From contig DBTV01000037.1 in assembly GCA_002307235.1 (NCBI GenBank), forward strand, positions 15,981 through 79,980: a DNA stretch of 64,000 nt, read 5' to 3'. The notes below the pieces were generated by a model. It searched no databases and was not told where the DNA came from. It saw only the letters and a program-made list of their open reading frames with translations. Shown in pieces: positions 10,320 through 21,067 of the stretch. Every line of letters starts with the position of its first letter. Position 1 is the stretch's first letter. Made by a program: the position numbers and the translations under genes. Origin of the DNA: Acidobacteriaceae bacterium UBA1307 (GTDB lineage: Bacteria > Acidobacteriota > Terriglobia > Terriglobales > Acidobacteriaceae).

Positions 10320-10862
10320 TCAAAGTTTGCCCATTTTGGGGTGCATCCAGCGGGGAGTTTCTTCCTCGAGGGTGTGCAATCCTTCACGTACCTTTGTTGC
10401 CAACTCCGCGGGGCTCAAATGTGTACTCATGTGACAGGCTCCGAAGAAATATCGCGGCAGGCGGCTCTCCGTTAACCACTGCGCATGCGGGAAAAACGCC
10501 ACCGCGACCAGAATCACCAGCGTGACGGCGAGGGCCCCCTGAAAGATGCCAAAAAGCCCACCAAACAGCCGATCCAGGCAGCCGAGTCCCACCATGTGGA
10601 CGGTGCGGGAAAGCACCGCGCCGGTCCAGTGGGCCAGAAAGCTGACCAGCAGCGCGATCAGCAGAAATCCTGCCGCATTGGCCAGCGGCTCGAAGCGCAG
10701 AATCGGCTCAAGCAGCGCTGCCACGCGGGGATAATTCCATGCGGCCAGCACCAGGCCGAAGAGGAGCCCGCCCAGTCCGAAGACGGAGCGGAAGAAGCCC
10801 TTGGCGAGGCCGTTCAGCCCCGCCAGGGCCACGAGAATGAGGATGGCAAGGTCGACGGCCAC
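10320..10862 (-). CDS. cvpA: CvpA-family membrane protein
   Basis: Four predicted TM helices and an N-terminus MAVDLAILILVALAGLNGLAKGF typical of colicin V production protein family. Lies adjacent to purC. Confidence 0.7.
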   Translation of the reverse strand: MAVDLAILILVALAGLNGLAKGFFRSVFGLGGLLFGLVLAAWNYPRVAALLEPILRFEPLANAAGFLLIALLVSFLAHWTGAVLSRTVHMVGLGCLDRLFGGLFGIFQGALAVTLVILVAVAFFPHAQWLTESRLPRYFFGACHMSTHLSPAELATKVREGLHTLEEETPRWMHPKMGKL

Positions 10863-10891
10863 GCGCTTTGCTCCGGCCCGTTCTTGGGCGG

Positions 10892-11785
10892 TTACAGGGC
10901 CAGCGTGCGGCCGGTCAGACGACGGAAGGCTTCCAGATATTTGTCCAGCGTGCGCTCGACCACCTCCGCCGGCAATGCCGGGGCCGGGGCCTGCTTGTTC
11001 CAGCGGATCGACTCCAGATAATCGCGCACAAACTGCTTGTCGAAGGAGGGCTGCGCGCCGCCGGGCTGCCAGCTTTCCGCCTCCCAGAAACGGGAGGAAT
11101 CAGGCGAAAGTACCTCGTCGGCCAGCGTGATCTTTCCGTCGATGCGGCCGAACTCGAACTTGGTGTCGGCCAGAATCAGTCCGCAGGTGGCCGCGTGCCG
11201 GGCCGCCTTCTCATAGAGCGCCAGCGTCAACCGGCGCAACTGGCTCGCGTCGGCCTCGCCGATCTGCCCGGCGACGACCTCATAGGAGACGTTCTCGTCG
11301 TGCTCGCCGTCCTGGCTCTTGGTGGCTGGCGTAAAGATCGCCTCAGGCAGCTTCGAGCCGTCGAGCAGGCCCGCCGGCAGTGGCACGCCGCAGACCGTCG
11401 AATTCGCCTGATATTCCTTCCATCCCGAGCCGGCCAGATAGCCGCGTGCAACGCATTCCACCGGGAACATCTGCGCCCGGCGCACCAGCATGGAGCGGCC
11501 TTCGAGTTGATCGGCAAAGGGCTGAAGCGCGGCCGGGTACTGGCGGACCTCGGCCGAAATCAGATGGTTCGGCACCAGATCCTTGAACAACTCGAACCAG
11601 AACTGCGAGATCTGCGTCAGAATCTTGCCCTTGCCGGGAATGCCGGTGGCCAGAATGTGGTCAAAGGCCGAGATGCGGTCGGTGGCCACCATCAGCAGAT
11701 CGTCGCCGACGGCATACAGATCGCGGACCTTGCCGCGGGCAAGCAGGGGAATATCGCCAAGTTGCGTCTTCAAAAGTGCGGTCAC
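10892..11785 (-). CDS. purC: Phosphoribosylaminoimidazole-succinocarboxamide synthase
   Basis: SAICAR synthetase motifs LLARGKVRDLY and LILADTKFEFG. GTG start at 11785 (VTALLKTQ) preferred over the longer track ORF. Confidence 0.9.
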   Translation of the reverse strand: MTALLKTQLGDIPLLARGKVRDLYAVGDDLLMVATDRISAFDHILATGIPGKGKILTQISQFWFELFKDLVPNHLISAEVRQYPAALQPFADQLEGRSMLVRRAQMFPVECVARGYLAGSGWKEYQANSTVCGVPLPAGLLDGSKLPEAIFTPATKSQDGEHDENVSYEVVAGQIGEADASQLRRLTLALYEKAARHAATCGLILADTKFEFGRIDGKITLADEVLSPDSSRFWEAESWQPGGAQPSFDKQFVRDYLESIRWNKQAPAPALPAEVVERTLDKYLEAFRRLTGRTLAL

Positions 11786-12269
11786 GAAACGTCCTTCTTG
11801 GGGAAGTGGGGTTGAAATTTCGATTGTCGAGCCGGGGTCGTTCTTTGTCAATCGCACAAGGTGAGATGCGCAGGGAAACAAGGTGCGGTGAAAGCGTTCT
11901 CAATGAAGCGGCAGCATGCGATCACCCGCATGAATGCTGGTGATTTACGTTTGAAAACTCGATGTGATGACGGTCACAGAACGCTTCGCTCGCATGGGAG
12001 ACACTTCGATTGTCAACATGGTTCGGAGTTTGCGAAAGCCTTCTCTTTGAGCCGGGCGACACGAGGCAGCAGTGGAAAGGGGAAGCCGCGGCTAGCTTCG
12101 TTTGTGCAGGGAGTACCAGTGGCTGTGCGCTACCGACCTCCAGTGCCAGCTACTGGTCCCCCGTCCTATCTTGTTTTTCACGCAGGCGCCTCCGAAGCGA
12201 CGGTATCCTTCGGAGGTGTTTTTGCATCGCCTTCGAAACTTTCCATCGAAAATTCAGGATTCGACGAGA

Positions 12270-13061
12270 TTATTGCATGCTTGGCCGCTCGATGGCGTCG
12301 ATCACGATGACTTCAATTGGAGCCGTTGTCGGTCTTAACTCAAGCCCAAGTTGCTCGCGCAGAGCGATGAAGATCGCAGGATCGGCCGAGTCTTCTTTTT
12401 GCTCGTTGCTCGGCATCCAGTGCAGGTCGATGTCGTAGAGTCCGGGCCTCTGCGTGCGGTCAAGAACTACGCGGTCAACGTCGGCATCTTCGGCGAGAAT
12501 CAGTGCGATCAGGTCGCGTATCGAGACCGCCTGAGCATGTAAATGTCCTTCATGAAAGGTCCATGAGTCCGGTTTGCCGGCCGGATGGAGCGGCATCTTG
12601 ACGTCGCACTTTGTGCAAACCAGTTTGTAGACAGGACGCATGCGCAACTCACGATGCCATTTGAGATGAAAGTCATCTTCGAGCACGGCAAGATCCATCT
12701 GTGCGCGCAGTTTCCACTGCTCTGCATGAGAGAGCGATTGGAAGGTTTGCACGGTGTGCTCGCCAATCTTGGCCTGAATCGTGTAGCTGGTCGTGTCGGC
12801 CCAATGCGGTTGCCCTGCAAGTTGATCATCAAAACGCAGGTTAAAGGCATTCATCAGGTAATTGCGCACGAGAACGTTGCGCGAATCAGAGAGGTCGTCG
12901 GTTACACGCCACGCAACTCTTGCCCCTGCGTCGCCCGGCTTGATGGAAACAACATCGTAGGTGAGGCGCTGCCCTGTGCCTCGCGATTGTGCTGTCGCAC
13001 ACGCCACGCCGAGCGGCGCAACCAGACTCAAGAGAAAAAGCGACTTTTGGATGAGATTCAT
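12270..13061 (-). CDS. Secreted hypothetical protein, possibly the TIGR03435-type acidobacterial paralogous family
   Basis: Signal peptide MNLIQKSLFLLSLVAPLGVACA followed by YDVVSIKPG, which resembles that family's N-terminus. The family assignment is from memory, not a search. Confidence 0.5.
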   Translation of the reverse strand: MNLIQKSLFLLSLVAPLGVACATAQSRGTGQRLTYDVVSIKPGDAGARVAWRVTDDLSDSRNVLVRNYLMNAFNLRFDDQLAGQPHWADTTSYTIQAKIGEHTVQTFQSLSHAEQWKLRAQMDLAVLEDDFHLKWHRELRMRPVYKLVCTKCDVKMPLHPAGKPDSWTFHEGHLHAQAVSIRDLIALILAEDADVDRVVLDRTQRPGLYDIDLHWMPSNEQKEDSADPAIFIALREQLGLELRPTTAPIEVIVIDAIERPSMQ

Positions 13062-13176
13062 TTCCCGCCCTTGTTCGCAATTTTTAAGGGAACCATGCTG
13101 AATCATTCAACGATGGCGTAGCGGAAAACGCTCAAAAATATTCTGGCTGCAGAGTGATTAAACAAATTCATGCAAC

Positions 13177-13215
13177 AAAGAACGCGCCGAGGGGTCTGGT
13201 CCCGGCGCGTTCTTT
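13177..13215 (-). terminator. Intrinsic terminator candidate downstream of smc
   Basis: Perfect 13-bp stem AAAGAACGCGCCG / CGGCGCGTTCTTT with a 13-nt loop. T-rich tail on the minus strand. Confidence 0.55.
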
Positions 13216-13239
13216 GTGGTTGGAGAATTCTGTTGTTGG

Positions 13240-16200
13240 TCAGGCGGTCGCGCGTTGTTGCGTCTGCCCGCCGAGCTTGACGCTGACCACGCGGCTGACG
13301 CCCGGCTCCTGCATGGTGACGCCGTAGATCATATCGGCGGCCTGCATCATGCGCTTGGAGTGGGTCACGATCAGGAACTGCGTCTCTTTGCCGAGCGAGG
13401 CGATCAGGTCGGCGAGGCGGCCCACGTTGGTCTCGTCGAGCGGCGCGTCGACTTCGTCGAGGATGCAGAACGGGCTTGGCTGGAACTGGAAGATGCCGAC
13501 CAGCAGAGCCAGCGCCGTGAGCGCCTTTTCGCCGCCCGAAAGCAGCAGCACATTCTGCAACTTTTTGCCCGGAGGTGAGGCGACAATGTCCAGTCCGCTC
13601 TCAGCCTGATTTTCCGCATCGGTGAGTCGCAGGAAGGCCTGGCCACCGTGGAAGAGCCGCGTGAAGACCTGCGCGAAGTTCTCGTTGATGCGCGCGAAGG
13701 CCTCGTCGAACTTGGTGCGCGAGATCTGTTCGATCTCCTTGATCGTCTCCTGCGTGTTCTCGATCGACTCGGTCAGATCCTTGCGCTGCGTCTCAAGGAA
13801 GGTGTGCCGCTCGGCGGTTTCCTTGTACTCGTCGAGCGCCATCATGTTGACCGGGCCCATCTGCTCGATGCGCTGGCGCAGTGTGCGGCAGGTCTCTTCT
13901 TCGGCGGCGAGTGCCTCGGCTTCGATGCGCTCGATGGTCGCGTCTTCGCGCAGCACCTGCGCCTCGACGTTGACCTCGGCCAGGCACGATGCTTCGAGAT
14001 ATTCAAGATCGGATTGCAGCTTGGCCAACTCACTGGCATGGGTCGAGCGTGCCTCGCGCAACTGGTCGACGGCTACGCGCTCGGTCTTGAGCTTGTTCTC
14101 AAGCTCTGCCAACTGTTGCCGCAACTGCTGCGCCTGCGCGGCGAAGGTCTGCATGCGCGCCTGTGCATCGGCCCGCGTGGCGCTCAACTCCTGCTGCCGT
14201 GCGCTGAGGGAGCCGTTTTCGGCGATGCGCTGTTCGCGCTCGGCGGTGGCGGCCGTGCGTTGCTGTTCGAGTGTCGCCACGCGCCGTTCGAGGTCGGCGT
14301 ACAGGCGGTCAATGCGCTGGAAGGATGCCTCGGCGCCACGGCGGCGCTCTTCAAGTCCAGCCAACTCGGCGGTCATCTGCGCCGACTGCTGCTGAATCTG
14401 TTCGCGCTGCTGGCGCAGCAAGTTCAACTTTGCCTGCTGCTCGTCGAGTGAGGCCTCGGCCTGCGCATGCTCAGCCTCAAGCCGCGCGGCTTCGTCGCGT
14501 TTTTGCGCGATGGCCTGCTGCTTCTGCGCGATGGCTTCCTTGTTGCGCGCGGACTGCGAGGTCCAATCTTGCAGGCGGCGCGCGATGCGCTGTGCCTCGC
14601 CCTCCATCTGCTTGAGCGTCGCGCTCAGATTGGCGTTCTCGGTCTCCGCCTGCCGACGCTGTTCGCTGGTCGAGTCCAGTTGCGCGCTCAACTCTTCGAT
14701 GGCGCGCACCAGCGCCGAGGTTTTTTCCTCGCTCTGGCTCAGGTCTTCGTTGATCTTGGCCAGTCGCGCCTCAGCCTCACGCAGTTCGCGCTTGAGCGCC
14801 AGCGGACCTTCGCTGGCCGGCTTGCCGCCGGTCACCGTGGCCGCGTGGAAGCACTCGCCTTCGGGCGTCAGAAAATAGGCGTGCGGATAGCGCGGAGCCA
14901 GTGCCTGCGCCTGCGCTGTGCCCTCGGCCAGATAGCCGTGGCGCAGCTTGGGCAGAATCGCTTCAAGCGAACTGCCCAGGCCGTTGAGCACCTTGATGGC
15001 CTCGCGCAGTGGCGTCAGGCCCGCCTCATTGATCGTACCGGCGTTGCCGTCGAGCGCCACGTTCTTCGCGTCGGCCTGCACCAGAAAGGTCGCGCGGCCG
15101 TCGGAGGTCTTGAGCAACTGCACGCCCTGTTCGGCGGCGTTCCAGTTTTCGACGACAACGTAGTTCAGCTCCTCGCGCAGAAACTCGTCGACGACGGCCT
15201 CGTGCGCGCCTGATACTTCAAGAAAATCGGCAAGCGTGCCGACCGGTGCAGCATTGGCGCCGAGCGCGCCGGGTTTGAGCAGCTTGCGTACCGAGTCGGT
15301 CGAATAGCTGTGGTTGCGGATCAGCGACTCGAGCGAATCGCGGCGGCCACTCAGCTTGGCCTGCTCGCTGCGCAGTTGATTGGTGTGCGTGCGCTGCGAA
15401 CTCTCTTCGGCGCGGCGGGCCTGCTGCTGTTCGCGCAGGCTGGCCAGTTGCGCCTGCAATGCTTGCAGGGCAGCGGCCGCGCTCTGTGCGCGCTCGCGGT
15501 TCTGCGCCAGTTGCACGTTCAGGTTTTCCTGCTCGCTGGCCGACTGGTCCATCTCGGTGTCGAGCCGCTCGGCCTCGCGTTCGAGCGCGGCCAGAGACTC
15601 TTCGCCTTGCGTCGTGTGGTTGCGTGCATTGCCGGCCTGCGTGAGCAACTGCATCGCATGGCGTCGATCTGCCTCAAGCTGGCGCTCGAGCGCAAAGACC
15701 TCTTCGGCCGACTGACGGGCCTCTTGCTGGCGCGCCTCCACCTGCTGGCGGAACTCGCCCACCTCGCTGGCCGCCGAAGCCATGAAGCTCTGCTGCTGCG
15801 TGCGCTCTTCGGCGATGCCGGCCAGTTGCACCTTGGTCTGTTCAAGCTCGGTCGCCGAGGTCTCAATGCGCGCTTCGAGCTCGGCAATGCGTTCGGTGTT
15901 CGAGCGCTCGCGGGCAATTGCGCGTTCGAGCTCAAGCGCCGACTGGTTGGCGGTTGCCTGCGCCTCCTGGCTTTCGCGATCCAGTTCGTAGCCGCGCTCG
16001 GTGAGCGTGTGCTGGCTGGCCTCGCTTTCGGCAATCGTCGTGGCCGCGGTGTCAATCTGTTCGGTCTGTGCCTTGATCTGCGCTTCAAGCGAGGACTTGT
16101 GCGCATCCATCTGCGCCATGCGGCTCGACAGCACGACGCGCAGTTTGCCGCGCAGTTCGTCACGCACGGTGGCGAAGCGCTCGGCCTTGGCGGCCTGCCG

Positions 16201-17055
16201 CTTCAGCGAGTTCATCTGCCGCGTAACTTCGTCATAAATATCGTCGACGCGCGCGAGGTTCTGTTTCGCGCTTTCAAGGCGCAGCTCGGCGAGTCGCTTC
16301 TTGGTCTTGAAGCGCGTAATGCCGGCGGCCTCTTCGATGATGGAACGGCGGTCGATCGGCTTTGAGCTGAGCAGTTGTCCGATGCGCTCCTGGCCGATGA
16401 TGGCGTAGCTTTCGGGGCCGAGGCCGGTGCCCATGAAGATGTCTTGAATGTCGCGGAGCCGGCAGAGCTTGCCGTTGAGCAGATATTCGCTTTCGCCGGT
16501 GCGGAACAGACGGCGCGTGATGACGATCTCGCCCTTCTGTGGCGTGCTGCGGAACTTGCGGCGTCGAATTTTGAGCACGACCGGCTGCGGTCCGCTCTCG
16601 AGGCTGGCTTCCTGCTCGGGCTCCTGCTCGTCGCCTTCTTCAAGAACAACGCCGGGTTGCTCGGCGGCGGCAAGCTCGTCGGACTCCTGCGCGCGCTCGC
16701 GGCGCAAGGCTTCTTCGTCCCAATCGGAGGGCACTTCGTTGTCGACGACGACCTCGGGCTCGACCGGAATCGGGCCTTCATAGGCGGTCGGATCGATCAT
16801 GGTCAGCGTCACCTCCGACATGCCCAGAGGCTTGCGGTCGCGCGTGCCGGCGAAGATGACGTCCTGCATGTGCGAGCCGCGCAGAACCTTTGCGCTCTGC
16901 TCGCCAAGAACCCAGGTGACCCCGTCGAGAATATTCGATTTACCGCATCCATTCGGCCCGACGACGGCGACGATGCCCTGGCCGGACACCACCAGTTCCG
17001 TGCGGTCGCAGAAGCTTTTAAAGCCGAGGATGTGAATCTTTTTGAGTTTCAGCAT
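13240..17055 (-). CDS. smc: Chromosome segregation protein SMC
   Basis: Walker A GPNGCGKSN, long coiled coils with a hinge, signature LSGGEKALTALALL, Walker B FCILDEVDAPLD. ATG 17055 follows GGAGG. Confidence 0.95.
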   Translation of the reverse strand: MLKLKKIHILGFKSFCDRTELVVSGQGIVAVVGPNGCGKSNILDGVTWVLGEQSAKVLRGSHMQDVIFAGTRDRKPLGMSEVTLTMIDPTAYEGPIPVEPEVVVDNEVPSDWDEEALRRERAQESDELAAAEQPGVVLEEGDEQEPEQEASLESGPQPVVLKIRRRKFRSTPQKGEIVITRRLFRTGESEYLLNGKLCRLRDIQDIFMGTGLGPESYAIIGQERIGQLLSSKPIDRRSIIEEAAGITRFKTKKRLAELRLESAKQNLARVDDIYDEVTRQMNSLKRQAAKAERFATVRDELRGKLRVVLSSRMAQMDAHKSSLEAQIKAQTEQIDTAATTIAESEASQHTLTERGYELDRESQEAQATANQSALELERAIARERSNTERIAELEARIETSATELEQTKVQLAGIAEERTQQQSFMASAASEVGEFRQQVEARQQEARQSAEEVFALERQLEADRRHAMQLLTQAGNARNHTTQGEESLAALEREAERLDTEMDQSASEQENLNVQLAQNRERAQSAAAALQALQAQLASLREQQQARRAEESSQRTHTNQLRSEQAKLSGRRDSLESLIRNHSYSTDSVRKLLKPGALGANAAPVGTLADFLEVSGAHEAVVDEFLREELNYVVVENWNAAEQGVQLLKTSDGRATFLVQADAKNVALDGNAGTINEAGLTPLREAIKVLNGLGSSLEAILPKLRHGYLAEGTAQAQALAPRYPHAYFLTPEGECFHAATVTGGKPASEGPLALKRELREAEARLAKINEDLSQSEEKTSALVRAIEELSAQLDSTSEQRRQAETENANLSATLKQMEGEAQRIARRLQDWTSQSARNKEAIAQKQQAIAQKRDEAARLEAEHAQAEASLDEQQAKLNLLRQQREQIQQQSAQMTAELAGLEERRRGAEASFQRIDRLYADLERRVATLEQQRTAATAEREQRIAENGSLSARQQELSATRADAQARMQTFAAQAQQLRQQLAELENKLKTERVAVDQLREARSTHASELAKLQSDLEYLEASCLAEVNVEAQVLREDATIERIEAEALAAEEETCRTLRQRIEQMGPVNMMALDEYKETAERHTFLETQRKDLTESIENTQETIKEIEQISRTKFDEAFARINENFAQVFTRLFHGGQAFLRLTDAENQAESGLDIVASPPGKKLQNVLLLSGGEKALTALALLVGIFQFQPSPFCILDEVDAPLDETNVGRLADLIASLGKETQFLIVTHSKRMMQAADMIYGVTMQEPGVSRVVSVKLGGQTQQRATA

Positions 17056-17523
17056 CTTCCCTCCGGGGGATGAGGAGTCGTTGGTGCGCTCTGCCCTTGG
17101 AGCGCAAACGCAACAGGAGCGTGCAAAAAACACACTTCCGATTCAAGACTCAAGGAAGTCCGCAAGCGTGGTCAACGGGCGAAATCGAGCAATCATGTGG
17201 ATAAGCGAGGACGAAATCTTCTTTTTGCGCGCGGACGAGTTTTTCCGGTGCAAAACCCGTCTCTCTTTATGGGGAAGAAGGATTGAGCACGCGGCGTTTT
17301 TCTGTGGAAAACGCGGTACGAAACCTGCGAGATTCTTTCAAGCATTGGTTGAAGTGTTGCGCTCGCGGGTGCGTACTGCACAGGTAAATGTCGCTCGCAC
17401 AAAAATATTTTCATTGTCTTTTCAACGCGATCCGGGACGAGTACAAAAAATCTGCTAACTAGTTTTTTAGTTGCTCGTCTTACACAGTGTCCGCACGATG
17501 CAGGGACCGGGAGAAGCGAAACG

Positions 17524-17925
17524 ATGCCGCCGCAAAAGTCCAAAACGCTGACCGAAGCCGAACTCCGCCTGATGAAGATTTTGTGGCGGCGCGGCGAATC
17601 CGCGGTCAACGATCTTGTCGCGGCCATGCCCGAGGGAGAGACGCTCGCCTATAACTCGGTTCTCACGACGATTCGCATTCTTGAGCAGAAGGGGTATGTG
17701 CATCACCGCCAAGAGGGCCGCGCCTTTGTCTATCGGGCAGTGGTGGCCGAGCGCGAGGCCAGCCAGTCCGAAGTGCGCCGCCTGATGAGCCGCTTCTTTG
17801 GTGGCTCGCGCGAAAAACTTCTGTTGTCGCTGGTCGGTGATGGCGTGCTGACGCGTGAAGAGCTCGATCGCCTCAAGCAGGTGATTGCGCAGGCCGCGCC
17901 CGATGGCACTGAGGCCGCGCAATGA
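17524..17925 (+). CDS. BlaI/MecI/CopY-family transcriptional repressor
   Basis: Winged-helix penicillinase-repressor pattern LRLMKILWRRGESAVNDLV...YNSVLTTIRILEQKGYV. 4-nt overlap with the next gene. Confidence 0.85.
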   Translation: MPPQKSKTLTEAELRLMKILWRRGESAVNDLVAAMPEGETLAYNSVLTTIRILEQKGYVHHRQEGRAFVYRAVVAEREASQSEVRRLMSRFFGGSREKLLLSLVGDGVLTREELDRLKQVIAQAAPDGTEAAQ

Positions 17926-19349
17926 TTTTTCCCATGGAAGTTGAAACGATGGCGCGCCTTGTTTCGACGGTGGCGCTGACGTCGCTTTGGCAGGGTACGA
18001 TGATTTTTTCGGGTCTGGCCCTGTGCCTGCGGCTAGGCCCGCGCACGACGGCGACACAGCGATTCGCCCTGTGGGCCGCGGCTTTTGTGGCCATGCTGGC
18101 TCTTCCGTTGCTTCCGTCCGTGGCTGCGAACTTCGCGCATTCGGTCGCTGCATCCGGTGCTGTGGCCGCGTCGGAATCGCGTCCATGGCTTGAACTGAAT
18201 GCACGTTGGAGTTTTGCGATTGCCGCGCTCTGGTTGTTGATCGCGTTGACGCGGCTGGTGACCTTGGCGATGCATGCGGTCGTTGTGCATCGCATCCGCC
18301 GCGAGGCGACGCCGGTGCTGGAGCAGAGCTGCGTGCGCGGTGTGCAACCCCTTGTGGGGCGCGGGTGCGCTGTTCTTTGCGCGACGACGCGCGTGGAGCG
18401 GCCTTGCGTGGTCGGCTTCTTTCATCCGCGCATTCTGATTCCCGACTGGCTTTTGCCGAAGCTGACCGATGCGGAGTTGCGGCAGGTTGTGCTGCATGAG
18501 TGCGAGCATCTGCGTCGCTGCGATGACTGGACGAATCTGGCGCAGAAGTTGGCGCTGGCCCTGTTTCCGTTGAACCCTGGCCTTGCCTGGGCAGAGCGGC
18601 GTCTTTGCCGTGAGCGCGAGATGGCCTGCGATGAGGGCGTGGTGCGGCAAACCCGCGCGCCACGCGCCTATGCTGCCTGCCTTGCCTCGCTTGCCGAACG
18701 TGGACTCGATGCCAAGTTGCTGCGTCGCGTCGAAGCGCTTTCGCTCGGAGCCTGGCAGCGTCGTCCAGAGCTTGCCGAGCGTGTGTACAGCTTGTTGCGT
18801 GGCAAGCAGACGTTGCGCCCCGCCGGTCGCCTGGCGCTGGCCGGAGTGCTTGGATGTGGCCTATGTGCTGCAACCGTAGGACTGGCTCGTTGCCCGCAGT
18901 TGGTTGGATTCGTGACCCCCGAGGCGCGTGTCTCCATGGCGCATGTGTCTGCTGCACATGAAGCGAATCATGCGACAGGCAGGTTTGTGGAAGCGCGTGT
19001 AACGAAGCCTCAGGCGTATCGCGTGGCAACGAAGAAGCTGGTTGTACCGGGCATGGACGAGAGTGCGACGACACAGGTTGCACAACTGGATGCCCCGGTG
19101 CAGAGCTCTTCTGTTGGCGACGCGGTGTTGCAGGTCGTCGCGCAGGAGCCGCAACATGGCGGTCAGCAGTGGGTTGTGCTCACGATGTGGCGGCAGGCGG
19201 ATGCCGCGCAGGTCTCTGATGCGAATTTGCACACGGAGACAGAGAGGCAAAACGCGGCTCTGCGCGCTTTGCTGACGAGATTTCTGGAACACCAGGCCAG
19301 AGAGCGCGAGGCGCAGGCCCGCGCGGAATGGCTGATCTTCGAACTTTAA
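17922..19349 (+). CDS. M56-family (BlaR1-like) membrane metalloprotease/sensor without penicillin-binding domain
   Basis: N-terminal TM helices and HExxH in VLHECEHLRRCD. Confidence 0.8.
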   Translation: MIFPMEVETMARLVSTVALTSLWQGTMIFSGLALCLRLGPRTTATQRFALWAAAFVAMLALPLLPSVAANFAHSVAASGAVAASESRPWLELNARWSFAIAALWLLIALTRLVTLAMHAVVVHRIRREATPVLEQSCVRGVQPLVGRGCAVLCATTRVERPCVVGFFHPRILIPDWLLPKLTDAELRQVVLHECEHLRRCDDWTNLAQKLALALFPLNPGLAWAERRLCREREMACDEGVVRQTRAPRAYAACLASLAERGLDAKLLRRVEALSLGAWQRRPELAERVYSLLRGKQTLRPAGRLALAGVLGCGLCAATVGLARCPQLVGFVTPEARVSMAHVSAAHEANHATGRFVEARVTKPQAYRVATKKLVVPGMDESATTQVAQLDAPVQSSSVGDAVLQVVAQEPQHGGQQWVVLTMWRQADAAQVSDANLHTETERQNAALRALLTRFLEHQAREREAQARAEWLIFEL

Positions 19350-19383
19350 CCCATTCAAAATTTTCTTCCCGGAGGAAACGAAC

Positions 19384-20898
19384 ATGCATGCAGTAACTAA
19401 TTCTTTAAGGGCAAGAGCAGGCAAGAGCGGTGCGACGTTGGCGTTGGCCGCGATGATGGCGGGTGCTCTTGTGACTGGGCCGGTTGCGCGTGCTTCCGCG
19501 CAGCAACTGGATGAAAACAGCATTGCGCCATTGACCGCACTCGATAGGGCGACGGAAGCCGTTGCGGCGCGCGTCACTCCTGCTGTCGTCACGATTTCCG
19601 TCACCGCGAAGGTGACCGAGAGTGCGCAGCAGCAAGGTATGTTGCCGCCCGGCTTCCAGTTCTTCTTCGGCAATCCGCAGGGCCGTCAACAGCCGCAGGA
19701 GCGCGTGGAACACGGCGTTGGCAGTGGTGTGATCATTGCGCCCGACGGTTACATCGTGACCAATGCGCACGTGGTCAACAATGCCACCAAGATTAGTGTG
19801 GCCATGAATGATCAGCACACCTCTACGGCCAAGCTGATCGGCGTCGACAAACTCAACGATCTGGCTGTGATCAAGATCGAGAAAAAGAATCTGCCTACCA
19901 TCGCCTGGGGCGATTCGACCAAACTGCATCCGGGGCAGACCGTGCTGGCCTTTGGCAGTCCCTTCGGAATCTTCAGGTTTTCGGTAACGCGCGGCATCAT
20001 CAGCGCGCTTGACCGGCCCAACATGGATACGAACGATCGCTACAAGCCGGGCCAGTTTATTCAGACCGATGCGGCGATCAATCCTGGTAACTCCGGTGGC
20101 CCGCTGGTCAACGCGCATGGCGAGTTGATCGGCATCAACACCTTCATCTATTCGGGCTCGGGCTCCTTTGCCGGCGCGGGTTTTGCGATTCCCTCGCAGA
20201 CGGTCAAGACCGTTGCCGAAGCGTTGATCAAGGACGGCGTGGTGCATCACGGCTACATTGGTGTTACGTTGGATCTCGTGACGGCGGATTTGGCGGAGGC
20301 CTTTAATCTGCCCGATGTGAGCGGCGCGGTGATCGGCGAGGTGAAGAAGAATTCTCCTGCCAGTCGTGCAGGCTTGCAGCATGACGATGTGATTCGCGAA
20401 CTCAACGGGAAGAAGATCGCCAACAGCAGCGAATTGCAGGCCCTGCTTTCGCAAACCGCGCCAGGAACCACCGTTTCGCTGGGTATTCTGCGCGAGGGCA
20501 AGCCGCAGACGATCAAGGTAAAACTAGGTGAACTCGATGCCAAGGCCCAGTCCGCGGGAGAGGATGCCGAGGCAGAGACCGAGGCCAAACCGGGCAAGCT
20601 CGGCGTGACCATTGCTCCGATCAATGACGATGCGCGCCAGCAGTTGCAGTTGCCTGAAGATATCAAGGGGGTGGTCGTGGCCGAGGTTCGGCAGGGAAGC
20701 CCGGCCGACGATGCCGGATTAGCGCAGGGCGACGTGATCCTCGAGGTCAATCATCATGCGATTACGAGTACCGATGCCTTTGGAAAAGAGGTGCTCGCGA
20801 CTCCTGCCGAAAAGACCATTCTGTTGCGTGTCTGGTCGCACGGTGGCGCTGGCTATCGCGTGATCCATCCCGATGCCAAGAGTGAAGACGTGCAGTAG
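19384..20898 (+). CDS. htrA: Do/DegP/HtrA-family periplasmic serine protease with two PDZ domains
   Basis: Catalytic triad contexts TNAHVV, NDLAVIK and GNSGGPLV, plus two PDZ-like repeats. Confidence 0.9.
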   Translation: MHAVTNSLRARAGKSGATLALAAMMAGALVTGPVARASAQQLDENSIAPLTALDRATEAVAARVTPAVVTISVTAKVTESAQQQGMLPPGFQFFFGNPQGRQQPQERVEHGVGSGVIIAPDGYIVTNAHVVNNATKISVAMNDQHTSTAKLIGVDKLNDLAVIKIEKKNLPTIAWGDSTKLHPGQTVLAFGSPFGIFRFSVTRGIISALDRPNMDTNDRYKPGQFIQTDAAINPGNSGGPLVNAHGELIGINTFIYSGSGSFAGAGFAIPSQTVKTVAEALIKDGVVHHGYIGVTLDLVTADLAEAFNLPDVSGAVIGEVKKNSPASRAGLQHDDVIRELNGKKIANSSELQALLSQTAPGTTVSLGILREGKPQTIKVKLGELDAKAQSAGEDAEAETEAKPGKLGVTIAPINDDARQQLQLPEDIKGVVVAEVRQGSPADDAGLAQGDVILEVNHHAITSTDAFGKEVLATPAEKTILLRVWSHGGAGYRVIHPDAKSEDVQ

Positions 20899-21035
20899 AA
20901 ATTTTCGACAGCAAAGCATTTTTCCCATTGCTGTAGAGCGAAAGCAGGATGCCGAGGGTCTTTTTCCTCAAGAAAAAGACCCCTTGCACGCAATCGAACA
21001 CGGCACGGGTATTGGAAAAATGCTCTAAAAACAGA

Positions 21036-21067
21036 GGGTCGCGCCATGCATTCGGCGCGGCCCTTTT
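21036..21067 (+). terminator. Intrinsic terminator candidate downstream of htrA
   Basis: GGGTCGCGCC / GGCGCGGCCC stem (one G-U pair) followed by TTTTCTATT. Confidence 0.45.
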